A stretch of 64,000 nucleotides of DNA from positions 74,214,001-74,278,000 of the forward strand of contig OX597819.1 in assembly GCA_951406725.2 (NCBI GenBank), written 5' to 3'. This document shows positions 1 to 18,883 of this stretch, in pieces (within the stretch, counting starts at the first letter, position 1; each line of letters opens with the position of its first letter). The translations under genes were made by a program, and so were the position numbers. Under the pieces are notes generated by a model, which was not told the DNA's origin, searched no databases, and saw only the letters and a list, made by a program, of their open reading frames with translations. Source of the stretch: Octopus vulgaris (Eukaryota).

Positions 1-149
1 ACAGACGCACACACTAACACATACCTATATTTTTTGTTTTTTTATCTCGCCTCACACACACACATACACACACGCACACGCACACACTCACACATACACA
101 CACATCTGTTGCGTTACCAATCTTGTCTCCACTCTTTTGGTTTTAAAAA

Positions 150-398
150 CCTACTTTGCTCTTGTTATCGTAAACTTCCGCCTTTCACCATGTGTAACTC
201 GTAAACACCAGTCGTTTTTTTCTCTATCCCTGTTGCCCGCTTTGGGATCTTTCTTTCCTCTCTCTTCCTTCTTTATGTTTCCGACGAAGAGCTCCGCTCG
301 AAACGTCATACCTTCCTGCTTCCATTTCCTGAGCGCCTATTAATAATAATACTGTAATTGTTCCATTGTTGTTGATTTTTTGTTTTCCCGTTTGGATT

Positions 399-474
<76 letters not shown>

Positions 475-701
475 CATACATATATATATGATCGCCATGT
501 TGATTCGCTAGCTTCTGCACGCATTTTTTTTCTCTCCTTGTTTCTCTCCGTGTTTCTTTTCTGTGTATCTTTCTGTTGAAGAGCGTAGGCTCGAAACGTA
601 AAAGACTTGTTTTATTTATATTCCTGAACGCCATACTAATACAATTGTTCGTTTGTATTCCACCTGCCTTCGTCTTTTGTTTATTTTCATAAAGCTTCCC
701 G

Positions 702-702
<1 letters not shown>
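150..702 (+). mobile_element. Two short Penelope-like-derived segments with minimal hammerhead-like motifs, bounded by (TA)n
   Basis: CCGACGA-A-GAGC-TCC-GCTC-GAAA-CG-TC at 281-307; CTGTTGA-A-GAGC-GTAG-GCTC-GAAA-CG-TA at 573-600 with a tcttt/aaaga stem I; each segment ends in a (TA)n tract. Confidence 0.55.
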
Positions 703-771
<69 letters not shown>

Positions 772-1233
772 GTGGATAAACGATTCGATTCTAGCATGTT
801 TAACAAGTACTTTCTCACGACAATGTAATCTTTAATCTCTTCAAGATATCCTTGGCCTGAAGATTAGCCGGCGGTATACACCTCATTTGGATTTACCACT
901 TCCGAGGTTTCACTCGCTATCAAACATATAGCCCGGATTTTCCTTCTCCATTCTGTAACTCTTGTATTCTTTTTCGCAAACTCGGCAAGCCTGGTTGCCT
1001 ACCGTAGAATATAGAAAGAACTTTTTCCTTCGCGTCGTTTTCGATAAAGAAAAATAATCCTCAGCCTTTCACCTCAATACACCACTATTGTTCTGAAAGT
1101 TGTTTTCTTATATTTACAGCGAATTGCTTGAAGTTAACTGTCTTCCTACACCTCAATCCCTGGATCTTATATGTATGTGTGCGTATGTGTTCCTATGTAT
1201 GTATGTGCTTATGTAGGTATATGTTAATGTATG

Positions 1234-1267
<34 letters not shown>

Positions 1268-1322
1268 TGTATGTATGTATGTATGTATGTATGTATGTAC
1301 ATAATGCCGACCTCATACTTAC

Positions 1323-1332
1323 AGTTATTCAT
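1323..1332 (-). CDS. Exon 1 of a fourth paralog (gene D); the rest would lie left of the window
   Basis: ATGAATAACT|gtaagt with paralogous promoter (TATA 1435-1442) and intron-1 sequence down to ~770. Confidence 0.65.
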
Positions 1333-1404
1333 TTTGTGTGACTTTTCGTTATGAGAATGATTTTGAGAGAACGTCAAGTTGTAGTTCCTTTGCTTGTTAC
1401 GAAT

Positions 1405-1632
1405 TATTGTGTTTAAGTGACGATGGAATATCGGCTTATATAGTGGTTTTAGCAGTGATAGGTTTGAAAAATCCCATTCTATGTGATGGCCTTCATGAAG
1501 CTGGAAGATATCATCTTCCTTTATCTATTATTTAAATTTAGTTTACGAAAATTGCTCGCTTTCATTTCTGGCGGAAGTTGAAGCTTGTGCTAATATTTTA
1601 CTTTCAGTGTGACAGATTTAGGTTTACGGGAA
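1405..1632 (-). promoter_or_regulatory. Gene D proximal promoter
   Basis: TATATAAG 1435-1442, variant kB GGGATTTTTC 1466-1475, TTCCCGTAA 1624-1632. Confidence 0.6.
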
Positions 1633-1921
1633 GAGGAAAGCTTTTATGAATGAACTATTTTTATCACAGTATATAGGTCACAGTCCAATTGCTAGTAGGT
1701 TACTTTCGCTTATCGGGAAATAACCGAGCGGGAAATAGTGAGTTACAGTTTCATGTTACAAATCGTTGTTACTATCGCCGTCGCCAACGTCTTCGTCGTC
1801 ATTATCATTATCATCATCATGTGTATCATCTCCATCAATATAAGAATATGGCAAGAACAGAAACCTACGACTAGATGATAGTTATGACGACGAGAATCAA
1901 CCTAACAGACTGTTTATGGAA

Positions 1922-2135
1922 TTAATAATAATAATAATGTTCGTCCTTCGGTTCGAAGATGACCAACTGACATCATCGGATGGAACTGCTGCCATGAGAC
2001 CTGAGGTGGCTGGTGAGGCCAATCCGGGCAAGGAAGCCCCTCCCACAGGTGGGGCATAAGTGGGTAGGGGCCGTGCTACTGGTGCAGGCGGCTCTAGCTT
2101 TACGCATCTGACGTTTCTGCTCCGCTGACCGAATC
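1922..2135 (-). mobile_element. RTE-type LINE 3' fragment
   Basis: Minus strand reads ...AEQKRQMRKARAACTSSTAPTHLCPTCGRGFLARIGLTSHLRSH..., a C-terminal C2H2-like motif, with a (TAA)n tail; absent from the paralogous units. Confidence 0.75.
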
Positions 2136-4159
2136 CGTCACAGACACGTGTAAATTAAACGTAACTGTGAAGGAGATTCAGTAATTTAAAGAATGTGATA
2201 AGGCTGACCTCTTCTGAATTGCAGGTACAACTCATCAGTTATGACTCAAGAATGGCAAATATATAGACATTCACCAATGAGACTCTCTCAATCCTTTCTT
2301 TGAAGCACAAACGTAAAGGACTTGGTCTTCAAAAGTTCAACCATCAACACCATGCGTCAACCAAAAATCCTCAAGAAATATTTAGAAAGGATAAACTCAC
2401 TTATCCATCACCTATCCGAATTTTCCGTAAAAACCTGTAGAGATAGCTGTTGCAGAATATGAATTAGGCCAAGTTACAACCTCTTAGAAATATCCGAGAG
2501 ATAAAGTCGGATATTAATTGTGAAACAAGAAATCTCATATGTTACATAATCTGGCCTAGTCTTTAGAAATACTACATTGGTTAAACCGGAATCTCCTTGG
2601 GTGAAAGAGAGAACATACACACACATTATTCTTCACTTAAAAGACAATCCAATATATTTTTGAAAAATTGAGGAGCATTTTATAAAAGTAAGTTCTCCAA
2701 AATTAACTTTGCTTTAAAAAACAATAATGAACAAAAGAGAAAATATTTATTTTTTACCTCGGTCTCGAAATATTTCTTAAGAGCTGAAAACGACTCTAAA
2801 CTGAAAAACTTTCCGTTTCTCTTCCATGCTTACCTTTTCTTTTTATTGCTTTTTTTTTTGAAGGTTTGGTGAAACGGGATTTTGACATTTTCACTTCTAC
2901 TCTCAACGATTTCTTTCTAGTTCTGCTACTCGTTTTTTCATTATACACATATTAGTAGGAGAATTGTATGTATGTGTGTGTTTGTGTTTGTGTGTGTGTG
3001 TGTATGTGTGTGTGTATGTCTATGTCTATGTGTGAGTGTGTGTTTGAGTGTGTGTGTGTGTGTGTGTGTGATTATATATCACCTGACCATGTCCACGCCT
3101 GCACCCGTATATCCACATCCCTACATAGACACCATGTACATCATAAAAATCGCTTGCTTTTTCATTTTATCACGGGGCCTTTTTGAACGTGGATGTAATT
3201 TTCTCTCCTTCATATTCCACATCATATTCCACATCAGCTATCTCAACAAGCATTTGCAGAAAAAAATAAAGAAAACAAATCAGGAGTGACTTTCAGCCTT
3301 GTTAGGTATCTCTTGAGAGCCTTAGGTTGATGCTTTTGAGGACCAGGTCCTTTCTCTTCGTGCTTCGAAATGTGGATGTATTCTCTCGCCATATCGCGGT
3401 CCGCCTATCGGGTTTATTATTTAAGCTTACGATGAATCCCCTGTGATGTTGTTTTGCATGTATAATAAAATAAATATGTACAAATTATAAGATCAGTAGA
3501 AAAATAGTATACAGTACGGTATTGTTTCTACTACGCAGATTTTCACCTATAGCGTAGGGTTTTAGAACGTAAAACCCACAATAGTTGCGGGATTCCTGCA
3601 TATATATATATGGAAGAATACGATTGACACGCAAATGCATGCGTACTGGAGTCAGGCACGGAAATATTTCGCTGGAGCCCATCATAAATATCCTTTTCAT
3701 CATGCTTATCCTTCTTGTTCCCGTTGTGCTTTGTCATCGATGTCGCCGTCATCGTCATCACCATCATCATCACCACCAGCATACACTGGTGTTAAGTTTT
3801 TGTATATACCAATTTACATATTAAACGCATTTCTGGGGCTGGAATGCAAATATTAATGAATTGTGTAGGCCCGTGTTATTTCGTTATGCATAACGTGCCT
3901 ACAAATCGCTTATAATGCCTATATAGTTTCATCCAGATACCGTATATTACTATGAGGTCATTAATATTTGTGCACCGATATATTCTGAAGCATAAATAAT
4001 CTGGAGCGTCTACCTTTTAGTAAAATGTTGGTTAGAGCAAGGATTCTCTCAGCTCTCCCACTTCTTCTTAGATGAATGCCCAAGAATTATCAGAATGTAG
4101 ACACGGAGCCGGTAAGGTGACAGAATCAGAAGCACTTTGGACAAAATGCTTAGCCACCC

Positions 4160-5050
4160 AGCAATGTTGATGACCCAGTAGTGTTCATTATCCAGCAGTG
4201 TTCACTATGTTGTGTTCATACGAATCACAATTCAGTAATGATTACTATCCAACAGCGTTCATTATCCAACATTGTTCATAGCCCCAAGAATTTACCGTTC
4301 ATCTGCGTTCACAATCTAAGAATCTTACTATTTTACAGAGTATATAACTGAATACTGTTCATTATCCAACAGTTTCTATTAAGCAACAGTATTTATTTTC
4401 TAACATCTAATAGAGATCCTCATCTAATGCTGTTCACGACCCAACAATGTTCACTATTCTACAGTGTTTATTACCCAACACTGTTTACTAACGAACAGCA
4501 TTCAATGTTCAAGACAGACCACTATCCAACAGGGATCATTTTCCAAGAATGTCTATTCATGTTATTCAATATTTAAATACGTACATTCTCCAAGAGTCTC
4601 CGCTGCATATCTGTGTTCACTGATAAACTCAGTCCACCAACCTGCGACGTTCATTATCCGCCAGTGTTCACTATCTTGTTTCCTAACAAGCTACGTTCAT
4701 CATGAATCAGTGTTCACCACAAACCAATGCCCATTATCTAACGTTATTTACAATCCTAAAGCATTCATTATCTAACATTTCTCACAATCCAACAACGTAC
4801 ATTATACAACAATGTTAACCATCCTACGTTGCTCGTTATCTAACAGTGTCTACTTTGCTACAATGCTCATTGTCCTGCAGTGTTCACAATCCAATAGTGT
4901 TACCTATCAGTCAGTCTCATTACCAGATAGTGTACATCATCTAACAGAGCTCACCATCGTACTCTGTTTACTATCGCACAATGTTCATTATCCAGCCATG
5001 TTCGTCACCAATATTTGTGATTTCATGATATTCATTATCCAGAAGTATTC
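4160..5050. repeat. Degenerate ~17-20 bp minisatellite (core CAGTGTTCATTATCCAA); copies at ~28870-29750, inverted ~46040-46920, partial ~16830-17005
   Basis: Recurrent gtgttcattatcca / tgttcactat units. Confidence 0.7.
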
Positions 5051-6406
5051 ATTGTATACTGGATGTGAACATCTTTCTCATATATTCTTCATCAAATTCC
5101 CATTCTTACATATTACAGGACATTATCTCAATCTCTCTCGTAATTCCAATCATTCACAAATTTTGTCCCGTTTTAGCTTCCGACTTGTTCTAATTCAATG
5201 CGCTGCAGCACTGTCACTCGATTTGAGTTGAAAATGATTGTCATGAAGAGGGCATTTTTTGAGTTATTTTCATATAAAAATCGAAGAGAGCTGGTCAGAT
5301 AAGCGTCATGATATATAAAAGTGGAAATTTTCATTAATTTTCATTTAGAAAATAAAAAGAAAACACATTTTCTTGGATAGTTTTATTTCGTAAAGAGGAA
5401 AAATTTCCTGCGAATTAAGTCCAGGCATTGCCAAACGTGGCAACGAGATGGCACAAAAAACCTCTCGCATGGGATTACTAGATACTGACGCTTCTTGTCA
5501 ATCATACATTCCCGCACGGTGAGAGTTCAAACGGAACACAAGTCTCAGTCTTCAAATTTCGAGTTTAGGCCAGAATTTCAAGAAATGGACGAATTAATTG
5601 ATAAGTACACATATATTTCTAGGAATGAATTCGCTAAGCGGAGCTATAGAAATCTTCTAAAGAACAAAATTAGTATGGAATCGTCGTATCGAGAAAGTTG
5701 TTTATTTCCTCTCGCTGTTTTGACAACGCGTGGGGAGCGACGTCCGAAGTTTACCGTGCGGATATTCTCTGACATGTAAAAATTGTTTATCTTCGAGAAA
5801 TATTGGTGAAATGGCACCAAAGATTATCATTTTATATTATTAAAGCCCGACGTGATGGGTTTTTCCCATTCTGAATACAGTCGCATTATTTGTCGTAGGG
5901 TATACGTTTTCACAAGTAAGGCCGATTCGTTTTCCATTTGTTTTCTTTCTTCTCTCTTTCTCTCTCCTACTGACAAGTTCGCTGTTAAAAGATATTTCTA
6001 TTTTAATATCGTACTTATCTCTTTGTCTATGCTGTCTTCCTATCTCTCTCTCTCTCTCTTTCTCTCTCTCTCCCTTACACACACACACACACTCATTCTC
6101 ACAATCGCGCGCACTCACACAAACAGACTAATGTAATACATATGTGTTTCTTGTGTTCTTTTACTTATTACTCTCATTATTTTGCCTTTAGTCGAGCAAA
6201 TCGAACGCAGGACTTATTCTTTGCAAGCCTATTATTTAGGCCTATTGCCGAATCGCTAGCTAACGGGGTCGTAAACACACCAACATCAGTTGTCAAGCAA
6301 TGGTTTGGGGAGAAACACACAGAAAAATTCATACATACATACATACTTACATACATACATACATACATACATAAAATATATATATATATGTTTACATCTG
6401 CACACA

Positions 6407-6450
<44 letters not shown>

Positions 6451-6576
6451 TGTATCTATATACATTTATATATATATGTATACATGTATATATATATATG
6501 TATGTATATATATATATAGATCTATGTCTACATGTATATGTGAAGATGTATATATATATAAATGTACATGTAATAA

Positions 6577-6627
<51 letters not shown>

Positions 6628-6699
6628 TACATGCATACATACACACATCCATACACACACATAGACACATACACATAAACATACACAAACACAAATACA

Positions 6700-6865
6700 T
6701 ATGTACTGCTGTGGCTGTGTGGTAACAAACTTGGTTCCAAGACACATGGTCCTGGGTTCAGTCCCACTGTGTGGTGACTTGCCATGTGTCCTCTGCTTAA
6801 GTCTGAGACAAACCAAAGCCTTCTCAGTGGATTTTGTAGATAGAAACTGAAAGAAATCAGTCGTA
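6700..6865 (+). mobile_element. tRNA-derived SINE 5' half, degenerate (paralog ~49385-49545)
   Basis: gtggctgtgtggta...gggttcagtccc A/B-box-like head; same family as 52490-52900. Confidence 0.7.
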
Positions 6866-7142
6866 TATACATGTATATATATATGTATGTCTATGTGTGT
6901 GTAAAACTGTTAGCTTCTTGCCTAGTGCGAGTCCACAGCAATATTATATCTTCAGTATTTCAGTATTGTGAGTCAGAAGTGAAACAGTAATATCTCTCTA
7001 TTTTATGTCAGTTAATTTTACTTTAATAGTTTCGGTTTCATACTGAAACAATGAAAGTGAAACTATTGTCTCGCATATATATAGGCATACATACATACAT
7101 ACATACATACATACATACATACATACATACATACATACGTAT

Positions 7143-7198
<56 letters not shown>

Positions 7199-7267
7199 AT
7201 GTGTGTGTGTGTATGTATACATATTCACAAATGTATATATATAGATATATCTATATACATGTATATA

Positions 7268-7322
<55 letters not shown>

Positions 7323-7323
7323 G

Positions 7324-7375
<52 letters not shown>

Positions 7376-7568
7376 TGTATATGTATACATGTATATGTAT
7401 AGATGTATTTCTATAGATATACAATATGTACAAAGCTTATAATAAAAAAACACTAGGCAGGGTCTCATAGTTTTGTTTGCCCACTCAGTTGTATCTATAA
7501 GTTTATCTTTTTCTCTTTGCATATATATATATATACATACATATATATATATTTATATATATATATAT

Positions 7569-7671
<103 letters not shown>

Positions 7672-7786
7672 CATATATATGTATGTACCGGGTAAAGAAT
7701 TATTAATTAAATAATTAATAGATTTTACCAAGTACTGAAGTAATCATTTATATACTTACACACACTCACACACACACACACAAACA

Positions 7787-7835
<49 letters not shown>

Positions 7836-8163
7836 GCATTTCGTAGATAGAAACTGAAAGAAATCAATCGTATATATATATACGATTCCCTTTGGCACAG
7901 GCCGGATGCAACGAGTGATAGCTTCCAACTTTGGTTCAAGATCAGGAATTTCGCAGGAGTGGTAAGTGGATTTCGTCGAACCCATTACATTATTGGTGCT
8001 TATTTTATCAACACGGACAGAATAAATGTCCTATTGGTGAGATACATTATAATATAATGTATATAAAATATATATTAAAGATAAAGAAATGAGTGAAGGG
8101 AGTTGTAATCCACTCTAAGAACAAAATCAAAAACACAAACAATTGAATATATAATAAAATATT

Positions 8164-8491
8164 TTCTAAAGACTCCGCCGGTTACGACGACGAGGGTCCC
8201 AGCTGATACGATCAACGGAACAGCTTGCTCGTGAAATTAACGTGCAAATGGCTGAGCATTCCACAGACACGTGTACCCTAAACGTAGTTCTCGGGGATAA
8301 TCAGCGTGACACAGAGAGTGACAAGGCTGACCCTTTAAAATACAAGTACAACTCATTTTTGCCAGCTGAGTGGACTGGAGCAACGTGAAATAAAGTGTCT
8401 TGCTCAAGGACACAACGCGTCGCCGGGAATCGAACTCACAACCTTACGATCATGAGCCGAATACCCTAACCACTAAGCCACGCGCCCTCAC
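8164..8491 (-). mobile_element. Full-length tRNA-derived SINE with 11-bp target-site duplication
   Basis: Head GTGAGGGCGCGTGGCTTAGTGGTTAGGG...GAGTTCGATTCCC; TSD AATAAAATATT at 8153-8163 and 8492-8502; empty site at ~50882. Confidence 0.9.
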
Positions 8492-8649
8492 AATAAAATA
8501 TTAACACTTTAATGTTTCCATACAAAAATATATTACTCATTTATATAATAAATAATAGAAATGATATTGGCGTATATACATGTGTGTGATGTGTGTGTGT
8601 GTGTGCGTATGCCTGAAAGTCTTACAAGACTAATGCATTAGAATATATT

Positions 8650-8865
8650 TTCTTTTCTACTCCAGGCACAAGGACCGGAATTTAGGGTGAGGGAGCTTGT
8701 CGATTAGATCGATCCCAGTACGCAAGAGCTACTTAATCTATCGACCTCGAAAGAATGAAAGACAAAGTGTACATCGGCGGAATTTGAACTCAGAACTAAA
8801 GCACAGACAAAATAACGCTAAGCATTTCGCCCGGTGTGCCAACGAATCTGCCAGCCCGCCGCCTT
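8650..8865 (-). mobile_element. tRNA-derived SINE in the 3' flank of each unit (also ~20980-21195, ~36130-36345, ~51040-51254)
   Basis: Head AGGCGGCG(G/A)GCTGGCAGA..., B-box-like GAGTTCAAATTCC. Confidence 0.75.
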
Positions 8866-9251
8866 ATGTATAATATATATATTAAAGATTAAAAAATAGT
8901 ATGTAGAATAAGGAAATTAGTAATTTATACAATGAATTAAATAACGTAGATATAGGTGTGTATATTTAAATATATATATAGATATATACATAAGTATATA
9001 TATAGAAAAACATATTTAGATTGATGCGCCATAGTCCCATTGGTGAAATATATATTGTTTACGATTATAAACGTGATAACAAAATATAAGATAAAAATTG
9101 ATGGAAATATTGGTATTTAACGATTAATATAATCGTCGATATGATTATTAAGTGGTGAAGCTAAAACACTTCTACATAATTGAAACGATACACTTGTATC
9201 TGATTTTTCTCTAACTGAGATTGTTTACAGAAGTATTAGAACAGGAATTAA

Positions 9252-14068
<4,817 letters not shown>

Positions 14069-14139
14069 TTTGTGTGACTTTTCGTTATGAGAAAGGTTTT
14101 GAGAGAACGTCAAGTTGTAGTTCCTTTGCTTGTTACGAA

Positions 14140-14370
14140 TTATTGTGTTTAAGTGACGATGGAATATCGGCTTATATAGTGGTTTTAGCAGTGATAGATT
14201 TGGAAAATCCCATTCTATGTGATGGCCTTCACGAATCTGGAAGATATCATTTTCCTTTCCGTATTGTTTAGATTTAGTTTACGAAAATTGCTCGCTTTCA
14301 TTTCTGGCGGAAGTTGAAGCTTGTACTAATATTTTACTTTCAGTGTGACAAAGATTTAGGTTTACGGGAA
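14140..14370 (-). promoter_or_regulatory. Gene A proximal promoter: TATA, kB and STAT motifs
   Basis: On the minus strand: TATATAAG 14171-14178, GGGATTTTCC 14202-14211, TTCCCGTAA 14362-14370, Inr-like TCACTT 14151-14156. Confidence 0.7.
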
Positions 14371-15189
14371 GAGGAAAGCTTTTATGAATGAACAATTTTT
14401 ATCACAGTATATAGGTCACTGTCCAATTGCTAGTAGGTTACTTTCGCTTCACGGGAAATAACCGAGCGGGAAATAGTGCGTTACAGTTTCATGTTAGAAA
14501 TCGTTGTTACTATCGACGTCGCCAATGGCGTCGTCCTCATCATCATCTCCATCATCATCTTCACCACCACCACAACCACCAGAACCACCACCACCACCAC
14601 CATCACCACCAACACCACCACCACCACCACCACCACCACCACCACCACCACCACCATCACCCCCACCACCACCTCCACCATCACCACCACCAGAGTGAGA
14701 TAACGAAACCAATCACTCAGACCTCGTATAACTCCCTCAATCACAACTCACATACATTCAGAAATCAAAGGTGTAATATCCCAAAAAACGAATACACGAA
14801 CTATTGAAAATAATTTACAACCAACAATACCGACAGTCACAAATGGAGAAATGTTCTTACGAGGAGGGGAAGGAGGAGGAGGAATGAGATACGAAACAGA
14901 AAAAACAGCATCAATATAAGTATATGGCAAGAACAGAGACCTAGGACTAGATAATAAAAATCCTTGTTGCAAGCGCCTGGTTCTCCGTCGGTTATGACGA
15001 CGAGTGTTCCAGATGATACAATCAAACGAACAGAGTGTTCATGAAATTAACGTGCATGCGGCTGAGTACTCCACAGACACGTACACTTAACGTAATTCTG
15101 AAGGAGATTCAGTATGATTTAGAATGCGGTATGGCTGACCCCTACTGAATTGCGGAAACAACACAACAGTTATAACTCAGGAATAGCAA

Positions 15190-15560
15190 ACATATAGACA
15201 TTCACCAATGTGACTCTCTCAATCCTTTCTTCGAAGCACAAACGTAAAGGATTTGGTCTTCAAAAGCCCAACCATCAACACCATGCGTCAACCAAAAATC
15301 CTCAAGAAATAATTAGAAACGATAAACTCACTTATCCACCACCACCACCCAGAATTTTCCGTAAAAACCTGTGGAAATAGCTGATACAGAATTTGAATTA
15401 GGCAAAGTTACAACCACTTAGAAATATCCGAGAGATAAAGACGGATATTAATTGCCAAACAAGAAATCTCTTATGTTACGTAATCTGGTCTAGTCTTAAG
15501 GAAAACTACATTGGTTAAACCGGAATCTTCTTGGGTGAAAGAGAGAACATACACACACTT
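15190..15560 (+). mobile_element. Decayed Penelope-like GIY-YIG endonuclease relic (also ~2260-2620, ~27240-27605, ~42680-43045)
   Basis: Translates as ...TMRQPKILKK...INCETRNLLCYIIWSSLKENYIG*TGISLG..NIH, alignable by eye to the endonuclease ORF at 32471-32998. Confidence 0.65.
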
Positions 15561-17112
15561 TATCCCGACCAAAGGGAAATCCCACTTAGTGAAAATTAAC
15601 TAATTTGCGATAACAAATTTATTTTTTTCCTGTTTTATTTTTTTCCTTAAGAGACAATCCAATACATATTTTAAAAATTGAGAAGTATTTTTTAAAGATA
15701 AATTCTCCAAAATTAACTTTGCTTTAAAAGACTATATATCACGGGACAATGTCCACGCCTACACTCGCATATCCACGCCCGTACATAGACACCATGTACA
15801 TCATGAAAATCGCTTGCGTTTTCATTTTATCACGGGACCTTTTTGTACGTGGATGTAATTTTCTCTCCTTCATATTCCACATCATATTCCACATCAGCTA
15901 TCTCAACAAGCATTTGCAGAAAAAATAAAGAAAACAAATCAGGAGTGAATTTCAGCCTTGTTAGGTATCTCTTGAGATCCTTAGGTTGATGCTTTTGAGG
16001 ACCAGGTCCTTTCTCTTCGTGCTTTGAAATGTGGATGTATTCTCTCGCCATATCGCGGTCCGCCTATCGGGTTTATTATTTAAGCTTACGATGAATCCCC
16101 TGTGATGTTGTTTTGCATGTATAATAAAATAAATATATACAAATTATAAGATTAGTAGAAAAATAGTATACAGTACGGTATTGTTTCTACTACGCAGATT
16201 TTCACCTATAGCGTAGGGTTTTAAAACATAAAACCCACAATAGTTGCGGGATTGCTGCATATATATATATATATGGAAGAATACGATTGACACGCAAATG
16301 CATGCGGACTGGAGTCAGGTACGGAAATATTTCGCTGGAACCCATCATAAATATCCTTTTCATCATGCTTATCCTTCTTGTTCCCGTTGTGCTTTGTCAA
16401 CGATGTCGCCGTCATCGTCATCACCATCATCATCCCCACCAACATACGCTGGTGTCAAGTTTTTGTATATACTAATTTACATATTAAATGCATTTCTGGG
16501 GCTGGAATGCAAATATTAATAAATTGTGTAGGCCCGCGTTATTTCGTTATGCATAACGTGCCTACAAGTCGCTTATAGTGCCTATGTAGTTTCATCCAGA
16601 TACCGTATATTACTATGAGGTCATTAATATTTGTGCACCGATATATTCTGAAGCATAAATAATCTGGAGCGTCTACCTTTTAGTAAAATATTGGTTAGAG
16701 CAAGGATTCTCTCAGCTCTCTCACTTCTTCTTAGATGAATGAATGCCCAAGAATTATCATACTGTAGACACGAAACCGGTAAGCTGACAGAATCAGAAGC
16801 ACTTTGGACAAAATGCTTAGCCATCCAGCAATGTTGATGACCCAGTAGTGTTCATTATCCAGCAGTGTTCACTATGTTGTGTTCATACGAATCACAATTC
16901 AGTAATGATTACTATCCAACAGCGTTCATTATCCAACATTGTTCATAGCCCCAAAGAATTTACCGTTCATCTGCGTTCACAATCTAAGAATCTTACTATT
17001 TTACAGCGATGGTTTGGGGACAAACACACAGAGAAAAATTGGTACATACATACATACATACATACATACATACATACATACATGCATACATATATACACA
17101 CACACACACATA

Positions 17113-17148
<36 letters not shown>

Positions 17149-17282
17149 TATATATATATTTACATATATATTGTGAATCTATGTATATATATATACATAC
17201 ATATTCTAAATCTGATGATTACATATTTTATAAATATATATATATATATAGATAAAGGTATACAGTTGTGTATATGCCTATA

Positions 17283-17357
<75 letters not shown>

Positions 17358-17377
17358 ATATATATATATATATATAT

Positions 17378-17823
<446 letters not shown>

Positions 17824-18313
17824 TTGTGTATATTGTAATGTTCCAATACTGAAACACGTGTAGTTCCTTCATCTTTATATATAAAAAGAGAATGTGTGTC
17901 TGTCTGTCTGAGTGCCTGTCTATGTGAGAATTGCACAACCAAATTCATTCAAATTTTATACATGCCTTACTCAGAGTCCAATGCAGTGTCATAGTCTAAA
18001 AATAGTTTTAAACTCTTGCCTAGTGCGAGCCTACAGCAATATCATATCTTCACTAATTCAGTATTACGTGTCAGAAGTGAAACAATAACATCTCTCTAGC
18101 GTTATGTCAGATACTTTCACTTTAATAGTTTCAATTTAACACTCAAAACTATTAAAGTGAAATTATTGTCTCATGTATAAACAGGCATACATATCTACAT
18201 CCATATATATATATATGTGTGTGTGTGTGTGTATGTATGTATACATATTCACAAATGTATATATATAGATATATCTATATACATGTATATATATATATGT
18301 ATATATATACATG

Positions 18314-18359
<46 letters not shown>

Positions 18360-18531
18360 TATATATATAGATGTATATGTATACAGTTATATATATACAT
18401 GTATATGTATAGATGTATTTCTATAGATATACAATATGTACAAAGCTTATCATATTAAAACAAACACTAGGCAGTGTCTCATATTTTTGTTTGCCCACTC
18501 GGTGGTATCTATCAATTTGTCTTTTTGTTTT

Positions 18532-18641
<110 letters not shown>

Positions 18642-18689
18642 CATATATATATATATACACATATATATACATATATATACATATATATA

Positions 18690-18843
18690 CGTGTGTGTGT
18701 ATGCATCGGGTAAAGAAGTATTAATTAAATAATTAATAAATCTTACCAAGTTGTGAAATAATCATGTATATACTTACACACACACACACACGCACACACA
18801 CACATATGCATTTCGTAGATAGATTAACTAAAAGAAATAAATC

Positions 18844-18883
<40 letters not shown>

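Noticed and set aside
4160-5050. Periodic short repeats resembling a CRISPR array
   Set aside because: Degenerate, abutting units with no unique spacers, in a eukaryotic context with no cas genes
5495-5779. 94-aa ORF repeated at 30192 and 47204
   Set aside because: Starts at TTG, has no recognisable domain or splice context, is deleted in unit II, and its conservation is explained by recent duplication
8420-8491. tRNA-like sequences (also ~6710, ~52830, ~55220)
   Set aside because: They are SINE heads attached to SINE bodies and tails; no complete cloverleaf
14427-14807. His-rich, Pro-rich and Gly-rich ORFs (also 26472-26855, 41983-42438)
   Set aside because: (CAC/CAT)n microsatellite open in several frames, variable between units and largely missing in unit I
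15830-16051. 73-aa minus ORF (MAREYIHISK...) also at 27873
   Set aside because: Frame is not preserved in units I and IV, and the apparent acceptor reads ctgcaa rather than cag
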